Assembly (NCBI GenBank): GCA_030295235.1
Contig: AP026140.1
Location: forward strand, 558,001 to 622,000
Length of the DNA: 64,000 nucleotides
From: Fistulifera solaris
Lineage: Eukaryota
Direction of reading: 5' to 3'
Numbering within the stretch: the first letter of the stretch is position 1; every line of letters begins with the position of its first letter. The notes beneath the pieces are model-generated. The model ran no database searches. It was not told the DNA's origin and was given only the letters and a program-made list of their open reading frames with translations. Below, piece after piece: positions 13,328 through 25,343 of the stretch. The position numbers and the translations under genes were made by a program.

Positions 13328-14109
13328 CTATTTTACAAGCAGGGAGCTTTTACTGATGCGCACGAGTATTTGATCAATCGCTTCGGATGCCCGAATACCC
13401 TCTTCTTCTGCGGCCGTCCTCTCACCGGGACGTCGATTGTCGAGAATCTTTCTCCTTTTGCGCTTTTTCGCCATTTGCATCAACGAGTACGGATCCGTGT
13501 TGTTTTTCTCCTGGGGCTCAAAAACCCACGTGTACCCCAGCGAAGGCAGATAGCGAGCACAAGGCGCTAACGCTTCACACGCTCCCGAGAGTCCCTCATA
13601 AGTACGTGTCACATTCGTTTTCATGACGGACCGCACCGACGGTGCCTTGTAAATGACACCTTCTACGACGTAGTAGATCCCCAATACTTTCGTGGTGGTC
13701 GGATTCGTTCGCAACACATGCCGAATCGTGTACAATGGAGACGGTTGAGCGTACAGAGACGGCTCGGACGGAGGCATGAGTTCATATTGTTCTCCGGTCA
13801 GTTTGGCTAACGCATTCTGATATTCGATTTCGGCTTGTTGCGGCGACAGCGGTGGTTCTCCGTGATGCAGTCCTTGCTGCATGAAAATTCCGATACCGAT
13901 CCCTTGCATGGCCACCACTTCGTTGCTGGTGTTGACGGTCGTTCGAAACGGATTGAGAGGGTGCAAAAATAATCGAGAACATTGGCTCGGTTCTAGCAAA
14001 ACGTGAGCCGCAAACAGTCATGCGGTGATGCGACATCATCCAAGAGATAGCTTACCAATCCAAATCGCGCCAGAAACACCGGATCGACGAATGAAGCAGT
14101 CTCCGACAT
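13328..14109 (-). CDS. MED6: Mediator subunit 6
   Basis: F.DP.FL..GL|NRANVLDYF..NPF, GEQYEL, LYTIR and YYVVEGVIYKAPSV motifs. Intron donor at 14055. One base is missing in the T-run at ~13966. Confidence 0.85.
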
Positions 14110-14499
14110 GGCAGCGTTGCTCCTTTTGAGTTGGATTGAGCGAATTGATTCTCAGCAATTAATAAATGATGATAGTTTCGACGGAGGGACGACTCGGCAA
14201 AGAAACCGATTTGATTGCGAGGCGATGCGAGGCGTTGTTGCAGATCGCGACAACATCTACAATAAGGTTAAGAATAACGCATCACTATTGCCCTCGTGTA
14301 CTTAGTACTTTGCAGAAGATAGTACAAATGCATTCGCGCAATCATTACGAACCGCCGCCGCTGCAACTCCAACCGCAAAAACCTTTCATCATTCGCGATC
14401 ATCATCGCAGCTTTGCACAAGTCAATCGAATCATCGAAGCATTCCCTACTATTCCTTGCTACTTATCACTCATTCGAGTTTCGTGAGAGAGGTTAGTAG

Positions 14500-16761
14500 T
14501 TGTCAAACGGAATTGAAATTGACGGAAAACGAAGTGAAAGATTCGATACAATGACAAGTAAAGATGGAGGGAGCGGCGGATTTCTGGCCTTTCGTCGGAA
14601 GAAGGTTCCTTCGAATCGGCGGCCAGCAGGAAGCTATAACGAACGAAGGAGAAGTGATGATGTGATGAAAGTTAGAAATAGTCGAGCCATGATCTCCAAG
14701 TCGGGAACTGCGGGTCACAATACGTCCAAGAGACGAATCGCCAAAACCGGGCCCCAAGAGGTGCATTGGTATCCCTTTTATGTGGCAGTCTTTCACGATC
14801 CACCCGACAATTACTATGCCAACGTATCGAAAGAGGAATTGTGGTGGTCTCGGGATTTTTGGAACAGCGTTTGTTCGAATCATTCGCCGGTCAAATGATG
14901 GACGAAGAAGATCGAGAACACAAACATCGACTGTTGCAGATGGGTCAAGATGTGGTGATCCGACGATCTCACGAATCATCCGTGACAAGTGTTACGGATG
15001 ATGTCACGGACGTTCCGGAAGGTGATGACTTGATGAATCCCCAATTAACACTGGTTGTTGGCTCGTCGGAACAGGATCTAGGGGACGCACGGCCGAAATG
15101 CTCCTCTACTTTCGCAGATGACGACTTTGTCACACACGATCATGACAAGGAACGGGAAGAGGGAAACTGTGCAGAACACGACAACATCTCAAATGTTAAG
15201 AGAATAGGCGGGGCTAGTGCCAAATGCGTGAATTCCCTCGAAAAGAACGAGGAAGATAGCGACGCAAATGCTGACGTTGCTGGTCTGGAAAAAATTGACG
15301 CTTCAGAACAGACAAACATTCCTACCTCGAATCAAACACAGCAACGGGAAATTGAACTTGCGGAGCACGAACGAAGTATACTGGAACAGACGCAAGCATA
15401 CGTGAGACGATACAATGAGCTTGTGGAAAAGGAGAGAATGTAAGCGGTATGATGACCCCGAAAGAAGTCATATCAGCTGCTCAGAAAGTACTACAATCCA
15501 GCATATCGCACCAATCCTACCAAAACGATCTCCGACCACAGTCGGGCAGTGACGAAGTAATGACAGAAAACGAACAAAAATCTTAGCTCATACTCGCGCG
15601 TACGTGGAACAATACAACGAACTCGCTAGAATCGGTATGAACTTACAAGGAATGATGACACCTGAAGAAGCAATCGTTGCGGCACAAGGACTTCTAGGTG
15701 GTGCAAACCCGGTTACTGCTGTGAAACAACAGCAGCAAATTTCAATGGGCGAAGATTTCTCCCCACAAATGCAACACTCCGGTACACGCACAGAAAATCA
15801 TGCACACGGCCCCGTCTCACCTCGTTCTCTGAACCGACAAACCCTTCCCGGTCCCCCGATCACCCATTTCTCTTTTAATCACCTCCCAAGAAATTCACCT
15901 ATCACCAGAATACATCATCCCTTTTCTTCTTTTGACACGGCTAGGATGCGTGGTGTCCTCGGGGGGCCACCAAATGGCCCTAATGTTATCCACGACAGCC
16001 AAACTTCAGTTCAAAGGAATGATGCTGTAGCTGTAGGCCAGTCTAACGAAGCAGCACGTGTTAGTTTGGATTCGAGCACCACTTCCAGCAAAGGTCATCC
16101 CTTACATGGAGGACGAGTATATAACCCACTCGATTCAAGGTCTTGGAGAAGATCGAATGCTAATATTCCGCCGTCTCTGAAACGAGGCACGAAATCACAT
16201 TCACCATATAAGGTGCGATGGTCGAGAGAATGCATCACATTCGTCGGAGCACCCATTTACGTAATATTCGACCCGCGAGAGATGTGGTGGACCGGCCCAG
16301 AACTGCACTATATTGATATGGAAAATCAACATGAGCTAGAAATGAGAGAGACGGCATATGTTTTCGACCAGGAATGTGAAATGGTGTTCGACCGGATCAT
16401 TTACGAATGCCAGGCTTTACAAGACAGACGAAATAATCCGCTTCGTGATCTCTCTGCGCTTGGGAATGCAGCTTATCTGCGGAAGTTCATAACACCAGGG
16501 TTAGTACAAGGCTTGTTGAACGGGCATCGCGGATTGGAGTTGGGGGGATTAGAAGGCCGACGAGAAAAGACTGTCGAGCAATACCGCATAGTGTTTGACT
16601 ACATCGACTGTAACTTCAACAAAGCAGACAGTTTAGTGAAGAAAAACAGACAGGAAAGCGGACTTGCTGATGCTGCCTCGGACGCGACGCTCTGCGACCG
16701 AGTATTTGCTTACATGATGGGTCTAGCGGACGAAATGATCATCTTCGGATTTGATTTGTAG
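14500..16761 (+). CDS. Hypothetical diatom protein with a WW...RGLE-type C-terminal domain (several ORF pieces)
   Basis: Consecutive + ORFs 14500-14898, 14766-15443 and 15604-16761. Internal repeat AYV..YNEL...GMMTP.E.I.AAQ. C-terminal EMWWT..GHRGLE. Confidence 0.5.
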
Positions 16762-16844
16762 CAAAGTGACAATATCAGTATTGTCATATGAAACTGTAAC
16801 ATGTAGAATGGTAATATCTAGTGTGAATTATGTAGCTAATGCAT

Positions 16845-18491
16845 TTAGATTTCAAGAGGTTCCCGAGCTGCTGCCTGCTGGCGCGCTCGCTGATCACGTG
16901 CATCAAGTACGTTCACCACATGAGCATTCGCTTGATCCGCCATCGCTATGGCGCGAGCCCACAGTCGAACGATCAACGTATACTCTTCCGACGCGAGCCC
17001 CATCGCATCTCCTCGGCGTGCCGTTCGCGCTCTCCGTTTGGTTCGGTAATTTGACTCATCACGGTATTCTTGAATCATTTGAAAATGACCTCTCGCTCGC
17101 GAACGTCGACCCGCCATGCCGCCCAATTCGATTCCACGGAACCCCATCGACAATCCGGTCATGATAGGCGGTTTAATCAACTTGGCTAGCTTGTTATCAT
17201 TCCATAGAGCATCAATGTTCGGTTTCGGATGCCAATTTCGGTCCAAAGCTTTCTTGACTCGTTCGGTCAATTTCTCAAAAGCTTTCTTGCATTCGTGATC
17301 GTAAATCTTCGCAATTGGATTCATTAATCGATCATTATCATCTTCCATAAGACGCTGATTCAATTCGACTTTCGTCCACCATATCACTTCGGGTCGAACT
17401 CCGTACATGTATTCCGCTTCACCGATTTTGGTCACATCGCATTGCCAGAACGTGACGCGGTGTTCGATCGGCGTATTGCGGGCGAATCGAGTGCCTTTGA
17501 GAATCGAATGAGCCGAAGGTCGAACGATCCAGCATCGAGGATCCATCGGATTGCGAACCATGGGAGTGGATTCGGGCTCATCGTCGTCGTCTTCTCCGAC
17601 AATTTCCAACTGACTGAAATCCAAATTGACACCGAAACGCTTCGATGAATCAAGATTCAAAAAATCAATCCCACTGGCGGTAGCGTCTTGCGTGGCAATG
17701 GTATCATCATCTTCAAAATCATCATACGTTTTTTCCGGTTCTTCACCCGAACTAGTATCTTGGTCATCGTCATCGGATGCCGGTACTTCGGACGGTGCAC
17801 GTTCACGAAACTTACCATCCATACGGTCTGTCATATCATTCATTGTCGCGGTTGGCTGCCCCCAAGGTTGACCTTTGTCTTTTTCGTATCCCCTTGTTGG
17901 TGGCTGATGTCCCCAACTCACTTTATCGTATCCTCGATGAATTCCGGAATTGATGGGTTTCAGCGATACGGGTACACGATCCGGATGGATCGGTGGTGCG
18001 TATCCCGCCGGTGGATATCCCATCGAACCGGGTACGGGAGGATGAACCGGCGGACCACGGGGGTCCATCGTTCTCCGCGCATCCGGATATGCAGGTCTAC
18101 CGTAAGCATCCAACGGTTCTACATAGTCTCGACGATACGGATCTCGGGGATGTTGTTCATAGGGAGGTCCATAGTGCGCAGGTGGCCTCGAAAAATAACC
18201 TCGATCGTCTGGATACCTATAGGGCGGTTCCTCTGGATACATGGATCTCCGCGGCGGTCCATTCACTCGGAGAGGATAATGAGGCGGCGGAGGGCCATTG
18301 GCAGCCGGCGGAGGTCCCTGATGGTAAGCCGAATGATAAGCGGGATCGTATTGCGGTTGTGCATCATAGGGAATTGTCGACGGCCCAGAATATCCTTGCG
18401 GCGGTCGGTGGTAAGGATCACCGTTGTTATATCTCCTTTCAGGATGCATCATGGCGCCGCTGTAACCGTGTTCTTGATAGCTAGGGCGCAT
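16845..18491 (-). CDS. Pro/Tyr-rich protein with a WW...RG(I/L)E C-terminal domain; paralogue of the convergent neighbour
   Basis: 548-aa ORF with HRVTFW, VIWWTK.EL and GFRGIELGGMAGRR. Confidence 0.75.
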   Translation of the reverse strand: MRPSYQEHGYSGAMMHPERRYNNGDPYHRPPQGYSGPSTIPYDAQPQYDPAYHSAYHQGPPPAANGPPPPHYPLRVNGPPRRSMYPEEPPYRYPDDRGYFSRPPAHYGPPYEQHPRDPYRRDYVEPLDAYGRPAYPDARRTMDPRGPPVHPPVPGSMGYPPAGYAPPIHPDRVPVSLKPINSGIHRGYDKVSWGHQPPTRGYEKDKGQPWGQPTATMNDMTDRMDGKFRERAPSEVPASDDDDQDTSSGEEPEKTYDDFEDDDTIATQDATASGIDFLNLDSSKRFGVNLDFSQLEIVGEDDDDEPESTPMVRNPMDPRCWIVRPSAHSILKGTRFARNTPIEHRVTFWQCDVTKIGEAEYMYGVRPEVIWWTKVELNQRLMEDDNDRLMNPIAKIYDHECKKAFEKLTERVKKALDRNWHPKPNIDALWNDNKLAKLIKPPIMTGLSMGFRGIELGGMAGRRSRARGHFQMIQEYRDESNYRTKRRARTARRGDAMGLASEEYTLIVRLWARAIAMADQANAHVVNVLDARDQRARQQAAAREPLEI

Positions 18492-19159
18492 TGTATTGTG
18501 TAACTTGTTTTGTTTTCTTTATATTAAAGGGTGAATCGATAAAAAGGGTGCTTGTCAACTTGAATCAGGAATAAGTGAATAATAATACTCCGTAATAAAT
18601 AATGAAAAAATAAATTTATGCGGATACCCTGCTGTGGTGCAACTTTTTACGGAGGCTTTCTGGGATGTTTTCACCCCTTGTACACTTTACGCTAGTTTCT
18701 TTCAATTCGTGATTCGATCTAGTTTTTTGTTTATGCGAAATTGAGGACGACTTTACGCACTCTAGAAGCTAGAAGCGCACAGTACTACGTACTGTAGTAG
18801 TAAGATAGGAGATAGGAGATAGGAGGCACGACCCAAATAGACGATAGTGTCACATCTCCATACCGGAACGACATAGAATTATTGTGTTGCTTTTTGTCCC
18901 CCTATCCCTCGTGCACGAGCGATGAACCCTCCAAAAATAAACAAAAGCCTTTAGTGCATCATCAGGAAGGACGTTAAAATTCTGCCTCTCAGTACAAGTT
19001 TCTACGTAGAGCCTACGGCGAGGCAGAATTTTAACGTCGCTTCCAGCAACTTTCATCGTCTCTGAAGACAGTAAAAGGCTTTCCTACCTGGTACCATGAA
19101 ATGCTTCGAAGCATAAAAAGATCGGATCGGTCCCGCAAAAGAGGAAATACCGCACATCG

Positions 19160-20182
19160 TTGCTGCTTATTCTCGGGAGTGCGCTTCTATCGGCGGCGGT
19201 CTGGAATGTTTCGTACCGATTCCAATTCACCGAAACACCTCCGCATTCTTCTCCTTGTTCATCGGCGCATGCGGCCGTGATGGGTCTGGCGGCGGGTTAC
19301 GATTTAACCGTGTTGCGTCGTTTCGTCGGATCGTTGCGACAGACCGGATACTGTGGCCATATCATCCTGGGCGTCGCCCCCGACGTGACCGATGATGTCC
19401 TCGCGTATTTGCAACACCAAGACGTGGCCATCCATCGATTGCAGTGGACGCCCTGTGATTATCAGTACAATCTGGAGACGATTGTGTGCGCCCCGCCGTA
19501 CGCCAACTTGAAACTCCGGTGGGGACGATATCCGTTGGCCCGTGATTGGTTGTTGGCGTGTCCCACCTGTACCGGCCCCGTCTTGGTGACCGATGTGCGG
19601 GATGTCGTGTTTCAGCGAGATCCGTTCGATGGCTTGGTGATTGACAGCTTGCAACTGTTTGCGGAACACCCGTATCAAACGACCTTGCACAAGCTTGTGA
19701 AAAAGCCCATCCGTCGTTGCAAACATATGAAACTCAACGAACCCATGCTGTGTTCGGGAACCACGGTTGGTACGCGCGAAGCCGTATTGACGTATTTGGA
19801 GGTGATGTATCAAGAACTACAGGTGTGGGCCAGACAAGAGAATTGTCGTCTCATCAATCGAGAAGGCGGTGATCAAGCGGTTCACAACTACATTTATTAT
19901 ACCGGCAAACTTCCGTCTTCGACCCAAGTCATTCCGTTTCGGGCTTCGGGAGTCGTCAATACCGTCGCGGTATGGGGAAAATTGATGGAAGAGCAGCTGC
20001 GAAATCACAGCATTCAGTGGGACCAGATGTGGAAATATAACGTAACGGATCGACAGGGCTATTTTCTGGAAAGTGATGGGTCACGATCGCGGACCGTGCA
20101 TCAATTTGATCGATTTGATTGGGCTGGTTACGATGTGTGGCTGCAAGAACATTTTGGGAAGGATCTGGATGAAAGAAAGTAG
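19160..20182 (+). CDS. Type II membrane glycosyltransferase-like protein
   Basis: N-terminal TM segment, TDVRDVVFQRDPF, CSGTTVG, DQAVHN and HQFDR. Start codon uncertain. Confidence 0.65.
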   Translation: MLLILGSALLSAAVWNVSYRFQFTETPPHSSPCSSAHAAVMGLAAGYDLTVLRRFVGSLRQTGYCGHIILGVAPDVTDDVLAYLQHQDVAIHRLQWTPCDYQYNLETIVCAPPYANLKLRWGRYPLARDWLLACPTCTGPVLVTDVRDVVFQRDPFDGLVIDSLQLFAEHPYQTTLHKLVKKPIRRCKHMKLNEPMLCSGTTVGTREAVLTYLEVMYQELQVWARQENCRLINREGGDQAVHNYIYYTGKLPSSTQVIPFRASGVVNTVAVWGKLMEEQLRNHSIQWDQMWKYNVTDRQGYFLESDGSRSRTVHQFDRFDWAGYDVWLQEHFGKDLDERK

Positions 20183-20569
20183 CAAGTTTTGTTGCGTTAC
20201 GATCGAAATAAAAATCTTTTGTACACACTATTAGGGCGTTATTACTAATCTTTGCCGCGTTGCTAGCATAGCTTTTGCAATGAATTTCTTGTAGGCTAAC
20301 CGAGACGAATGAATAATCTTCATTCATCTTTTCCAATGTCGTTGCGACACGGGAATAAAATATGAAGGGACTGAGTTTGATTTTGTTTTGTTGCGAAAAG
20401 ATCGCGACGATGACGATGAAGCGACGATGACAAAAGGCATGTCAGCCATTATTATTCACTTCATCTGCTTTACTGTTGCCTTCGTAAGACTCTTTGTCAT
20501 GTTAAGTCGACAGAGCGTGACCACAAGAAAAGCATGTATAATTATCCGTCCCTTCAAAACGGAACATCC

Positions 20570-22205
20570 ATGCTCAACAGAACGATAGTCTCTTCAGAGA
20601 CATCGCATTATGACGATATTCAGCAAATCGTTCAGTCGGAGAAATGGTTTACGGTGAGTGAAGCGGGCTTATGATGCACAAGTATGTTTTCTGTGGTTGT
20701 TTCATCCTTTGCTATTGCTATTACTCCATCGCTCACATTTTTTCTCTCGGATGATTCCAGCAACCGTTAGTTGTTCTCGTGTTGGGCGCCTCCGGTGATT
20801 TAGCCAAGAAAAAGACGTATCCGGCTTTATACGACTTGTGGCAGCAAAGTTTGCTACCCCGGCAGACTGTCATATGGGGCTTTGCACGGACCCGATGGAA
20901 CACCCAACAACTGCGCCATCATCTTCGTCGTTCCATGGCAGAACATGCCAGCATTGATCGTTTTCTGGATCTCTGTTTCTATCGACACGGCAAAGATTAC
21001 GGAGACAAATCAGCTATCTCCTCCATTTTTCAGTCTTGCACCATAATACACAATCTTCTAATCTATTTGGCAATACCACCACAAGTGTTTACCGATGCAA
21101 CGCTGGCTTTGAAACAGGTATTGTCACAGAACAGAATATCAGGTTTTGTTCGCATCGTTCTGGAGAAGCCCTTTGGTCACGATACAATCAGCTGTCGCAA
21201 GTTGTTGGACTCGCTGAAAGAACAGGAGTGGAAGGAGTCGGAACTGTACCGGATGGATCATTATCTGGGGAAGGAAATGGTTCAGAACATATTGATGCTC
21301 CGATACAACAACCCGTGGTTACAGCATATTTGGAATAAGGATGTCATACAGTCCGTTCACATACTATTCAAGGAACCCTTCGGTACCGAAGGACGAGGTG
21401 GATACTTTGATAGCATTGGTATCGTTCGAGACATTTGTCAGGTAAGTGCGATTACGGTAACACAGGTGGAGGTTTTGATATGAACTACAAACTAGAAGTC
21501 TCAGCCATGTACCCATCGCAGAATCATCTACTACAAATTCTGACTCTTATTGCGATGCAATTGCCGGAACAGCTGACTTCCGCGGCCATCCGTGATGCGA
21601 AAGTTAAAGTATTAAAAAGTATGCCAGTTCTACAACCCCGCGATTGCTTGCTGGGACAATACGAAGGATACAGCGACGACCCTACTATTGCAGATAAAGA
21701 CACCAGAACACCGACATATGTTTGCGTACGATCCTTCGTCAATGCACCTACATGGGAAGGTGTTCCGTTTGTTTTGGAAGCAGGGAAAGCCCTCAACGAA
21801 CGACTTTGCGAGGCCCGTCTCTTTTTTCGGGGCAATGGGACGAGTGCGTTGGTGTTACGATTGCAACCCCAGCCCGCTATTTTCCTTTCCACCAACATGA
21901 AACGGCCAGGCTTCTCCATGTCTCCGATTCATACGCACATGGGCATCGAATATGGAGAACATTGTATTGTTCCGGAAGCATATACTCGTCTCCTTTTAGA
22001 CGTTCTACGAGGAGAACAAGCTAGTTTCGTGCGCGATGATGAGCTTGTAGCTGCGTGGGAACTTTTTACACCATTGTTGAAATCAATCGAGATGCGGTCC
22101 CCGATCAAGTACCAGCCGGGAATGGACGGTCCGCACGAACGCGAAAACTTTCTGAGAAGTATGGAAGTAGGAAAGCCGTGGTCACCACCGCGGGCTTCCT
22201 TATAA
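20570..22205 (+). CDS. G6PD: Glucose-6-phosphate dehydrogenase
   Basis: GASGDLAKKK, EKPFG, YRMDHYLGKE, GRGGYFD and EAYTRLL motifs. Introns 20654-20760 and 21442-21521 restore the frame. Confidence 0.95.
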
Positions 22206-22869
22206 TGACCAGTCAAACACAATCTGGGCTTTTGCACGAGTGAGCATTTTAGGAGTCGCAAGCAAACAAAAAGAGCAGTCATCCGTCCTGGTAGAGAAAA
22301 TGTTGTCAGATAAACGAAAAGAGCGTTTTATACAATCTGGCTTCGTGCTCTGACGACGAGCTTTTCATGATTGATGGCTGTTACGGCATAAATCCTTTCT
22401 AGTGCTCTCGTATCAGGCGTCGTTTAAACTGACTGACCATTATGCCCTCGTATGACAAACCAGGCTCATTCAGTAATCGTAAAACGGGCTCATTTTGCTT
22501 GCCCTGAGCCTCATCTAAATACCGGTAAACTGAGGGTTCTTGTCTCTGACATCTCATCGTAACCCTGAATGATTTTGCGATGATAAGACTACAATTACCC
22601 TGGTAGAATTGCACCTATTTTTGCTCTCCTTTTACGATAAGCCTTACTATGTTACTCCTATTATTTTCTAGCCTTAGTAAGCTCTACATATCACTACGAC
22701 ACATAACACGTTTTGTGGATTTTTGCGAAAAAATGAGGCAGCGACGACGACGACGATGGCCGCGTGTAACTTCGCGGTTGTAAAATCAACCACCTTTAAA
22801 GCCATTTATTAACAAGCTCACGAGAGACATCACAGATTGTGGACATGATGCGAAATATTATTTTCAGCG

Positions 22870-23820
22870 ATGAGTTGCGTGGACGCTTATTGTCGACGTC
22901 TTCGCATTGACGAACGTCCGATCGAACCGACAATCGAAACCTTGCAACTGTTGACGGAACGCCACTTGCAGTACATTCCGTTTGAGAATATTTCCATGCA
23001 TTTGGTGAGCGAAGATGACGCACCGGTCGTTCTTGAGCGGGAAAAATTGCTTCACAAAATTCTGACTCAACAAAGGGGCGGCTGTTGTTTGGAATTGAAT
23101 GGAGCCTATGCAATATTGTTGCAAGAACTTGGATATCGCGTTCAATTCATATCTTGCTGGGTGTATGCCGGAGCCGAACGAGGCCACGCCTCGAAAAAAG
23201 CTAAGTTTCGAGTGCAACAGACCCATTTCGTGTTGTTGGTCCAACCTCCGAACGACGATACCGTGAAATACTTGGTGGACGTAGGACTCGGTGAACCGCC
23301 CTGTCATCCGCTACCTTACATTTTGAATCAAGAAACGGTAACTCCGGACGGTATGCAAAGCCGAATTGTGGAAGATCCTCGTGGAAGTTGGAAGGATGGT
23401 TCGGGTAGAGAGAGGAAATGTCATATTTTGGAATGGTTCAAAAACAATGGTTGGGAACCACGTCTACAATGGGATGCTTGCGATGCTGTTTTCGACAAAG
23501 ACCATATCGACGTTTCCTCCAGTCTGCTTTGTTATCAATACGTCGTTCCGATTCTGACCCATCCGAAAAGCACATTTTCCCGAAAGCTCATCGTTTGCCT
23601 CCTCAATCGCAACGAGAAATTGTCTTTGAGCGGCTGGACACTAAAACGAACTTCTCCGAGATTTGTGAACTCGGTCATTACAACAGAAAGCGTGGAATCA
23701 CAGGATGAATTGAAGCAAATATTACGAGACGAATATGGAATGGATATTTCATGGCTTTCGGACTTGACCGTGAATCGCTCAAATGACCATCATGCTGGTA
23801 AAATTTGGGATCATTTGTGA
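22870..23820 (+). CDS. Arylamine N-acetyltransferase family protein
   Basis: IPFENI, RGGCCLELN (catalytic Cys), THFVL (His) and LVDVGLG (Asp). Confidence 0.92.
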   Translation: MSCVDAYCRRLRIDERPIEPTIETLQLLTERHLQYIPFENISMHLVSEDDAPVVLEREKLLHKILTQQRGGCCLELNGAYAILLQELGYRVQFISCWVYAGAERGHASKKAKFRVQQTHFVLLVQPPNDDTVKYLVDVGLGEPPCHPLPYILNQETVTPDGMQSRIVEDPRGSWKDGSGRERKCHILEWFKNNGWEPRLQWDACDAVFDKDHIDVSSSLLCYQYVVPILTHPKSTFSRKLIVCLLNRNEKLSLSGWTLKRTSPRFVNSVITTESVESQDELKQILRDEYGMDISWLSDLTVNRSNDHHAGKIWDHL

Positions 23821-24639
23821 AGTTAACAAGTCTTGAAACTCCAAATCTTAGGAAGTTGTAGGTCGGTTCAGTCGCGGAAAATTCGTTTGACGCAATCAGT
23901 CCGTTTCATCATGCAACGTACGGAACGCATTTTCGTCGGGAAGCTGCGTTAGGAGAGGAGTCATCAAGGCAAGTCTAAGACCGCAAAATAGGAAAACAAT
24001 CGATCCAGATAACGTTTAGACGCTTATGACAACCCTTGCCAAATCCAAATCGATTGACAAATGGAAATGCAGATACTGTCGAGCGAAAACCGCTAAAAAC
24101 ATTTTAGAAAAGAATTACTATACATTAAAGCTACATTGGAGACACATGCAAATCAAAATAAGCCATTTTGCTTTCTAGTTTAACAATCCTTCTATCGATT
24201 TTTTACGTCTTTTAAGTAAGCCCGTTCACACATCAATAGCATTCCAGAACATGAGTTTTGCTAATAAGAGTCAATCCTGCCCGGTCAAAATACTACCAAA
24301 GGTGTTCTGAGGAACAACGAGGAATAACCTAGTTATATCTCTTTGATGTGGTAGAAAGTTCCTTTGCAGCACATTGGCCGATAACTCCTGCCTGATCTAA
24401 GACATGTTGCAACATGGCATTGGCACCGGGCGCGGCATTTACAGTCCTAACAGCAACACTTGACAACCTAGCACTATAGAGAGTCACGCTGAATCATCCG
24501 GGGACGCCAAAACACCTATTCTTCTCCGAAAAAACTACTCCGTACTTCAAAAATATTGTTGTAAGCAAAAGACTCCTCTAGTTTTTCTTTTCAGATTATC
24601 AACGTATGATGTAGAAATTAATTTGTTATTTCTGCATCC

Positions 24640-24790
24640 GTTGCGATGGCCGAGTGGTAAGGAAACATTGTCGTTCGATCCGACATTCACATCGAAACTC
24701 TGCGCTTACATGTAAACGTTCTGTCAGGTCTAAGGCGCAAGATTAAGGCTCTTGTCTTCATTGGCGGGGGTTCAAATCCCCCTCGCAACA
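24640..24790 (+). tRNA. tRNA-Leu(AAG) with a 71-nt D-loop intervening sequence (24657-24727)
   Basis: After removing 24657-24727 the cloverleaf is complete: acceptor GTTGCGA/TCGCAAC, D-stem GCC/GGC, anticodon arm CAAGA-TTAAGGC-TCTTG, T arm GGGGG-TTCAAAT-CCCCC and discriminator A. A TTTT follows at 24796. Confidence 0.9.
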
Positions 24791-25343
24791 AATCCTTTTG
24801 ATTCTTTACATGCTGTTTGGTAGACTGCTGCTAACTTTACAAGTACTCTTTGACTAGGAAGACCCTACCGGTAGCAGTAGTCTAGATTTAGTTTATTCCA
24901 TTTTGGCCACGTGTGAAATTCGTAACTCTCGACTACTGGACTTGTGACACAGGAGGAGGACACAAAGCTCTATCGAATGTCCAAGGGTGAAAAATCGTTG
25001 CTTACTATTTGTCATCAATAGACACAATGAGTTACTATACAAAGCACAGTTTCTCTTTCGATTCGATGGAGTCCCAACATTGACTACCTGGTACATGGTC
25101 GAGGCGTTCGCTCATCAATGCAATCACGTGTCGGTGAAGGACGCGGCCATCGTTTGAATGGTCTAAATGAATGATTCGAAGATCTTTTGTTTGAGTGACG
25201 AGAAAGTTGAATGATAAAACATTTATGAAAATTTTGCTGACTATAAAGGCATTACGACTCGGTCACGGATTACCTTTTTGTTTCTTACGACTTGCAACCT
25301 TTGTTTTGACATCGGCTTTTCTCAAATCAGCAAGTGCCTTTTT

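Noticed and set aside
24738..24754. Reading the anticodon as TAA
   Set aside because: The stem CAAGA/TCTTG gives the loop TTAAGGC, so positions 34-36 are AAG.
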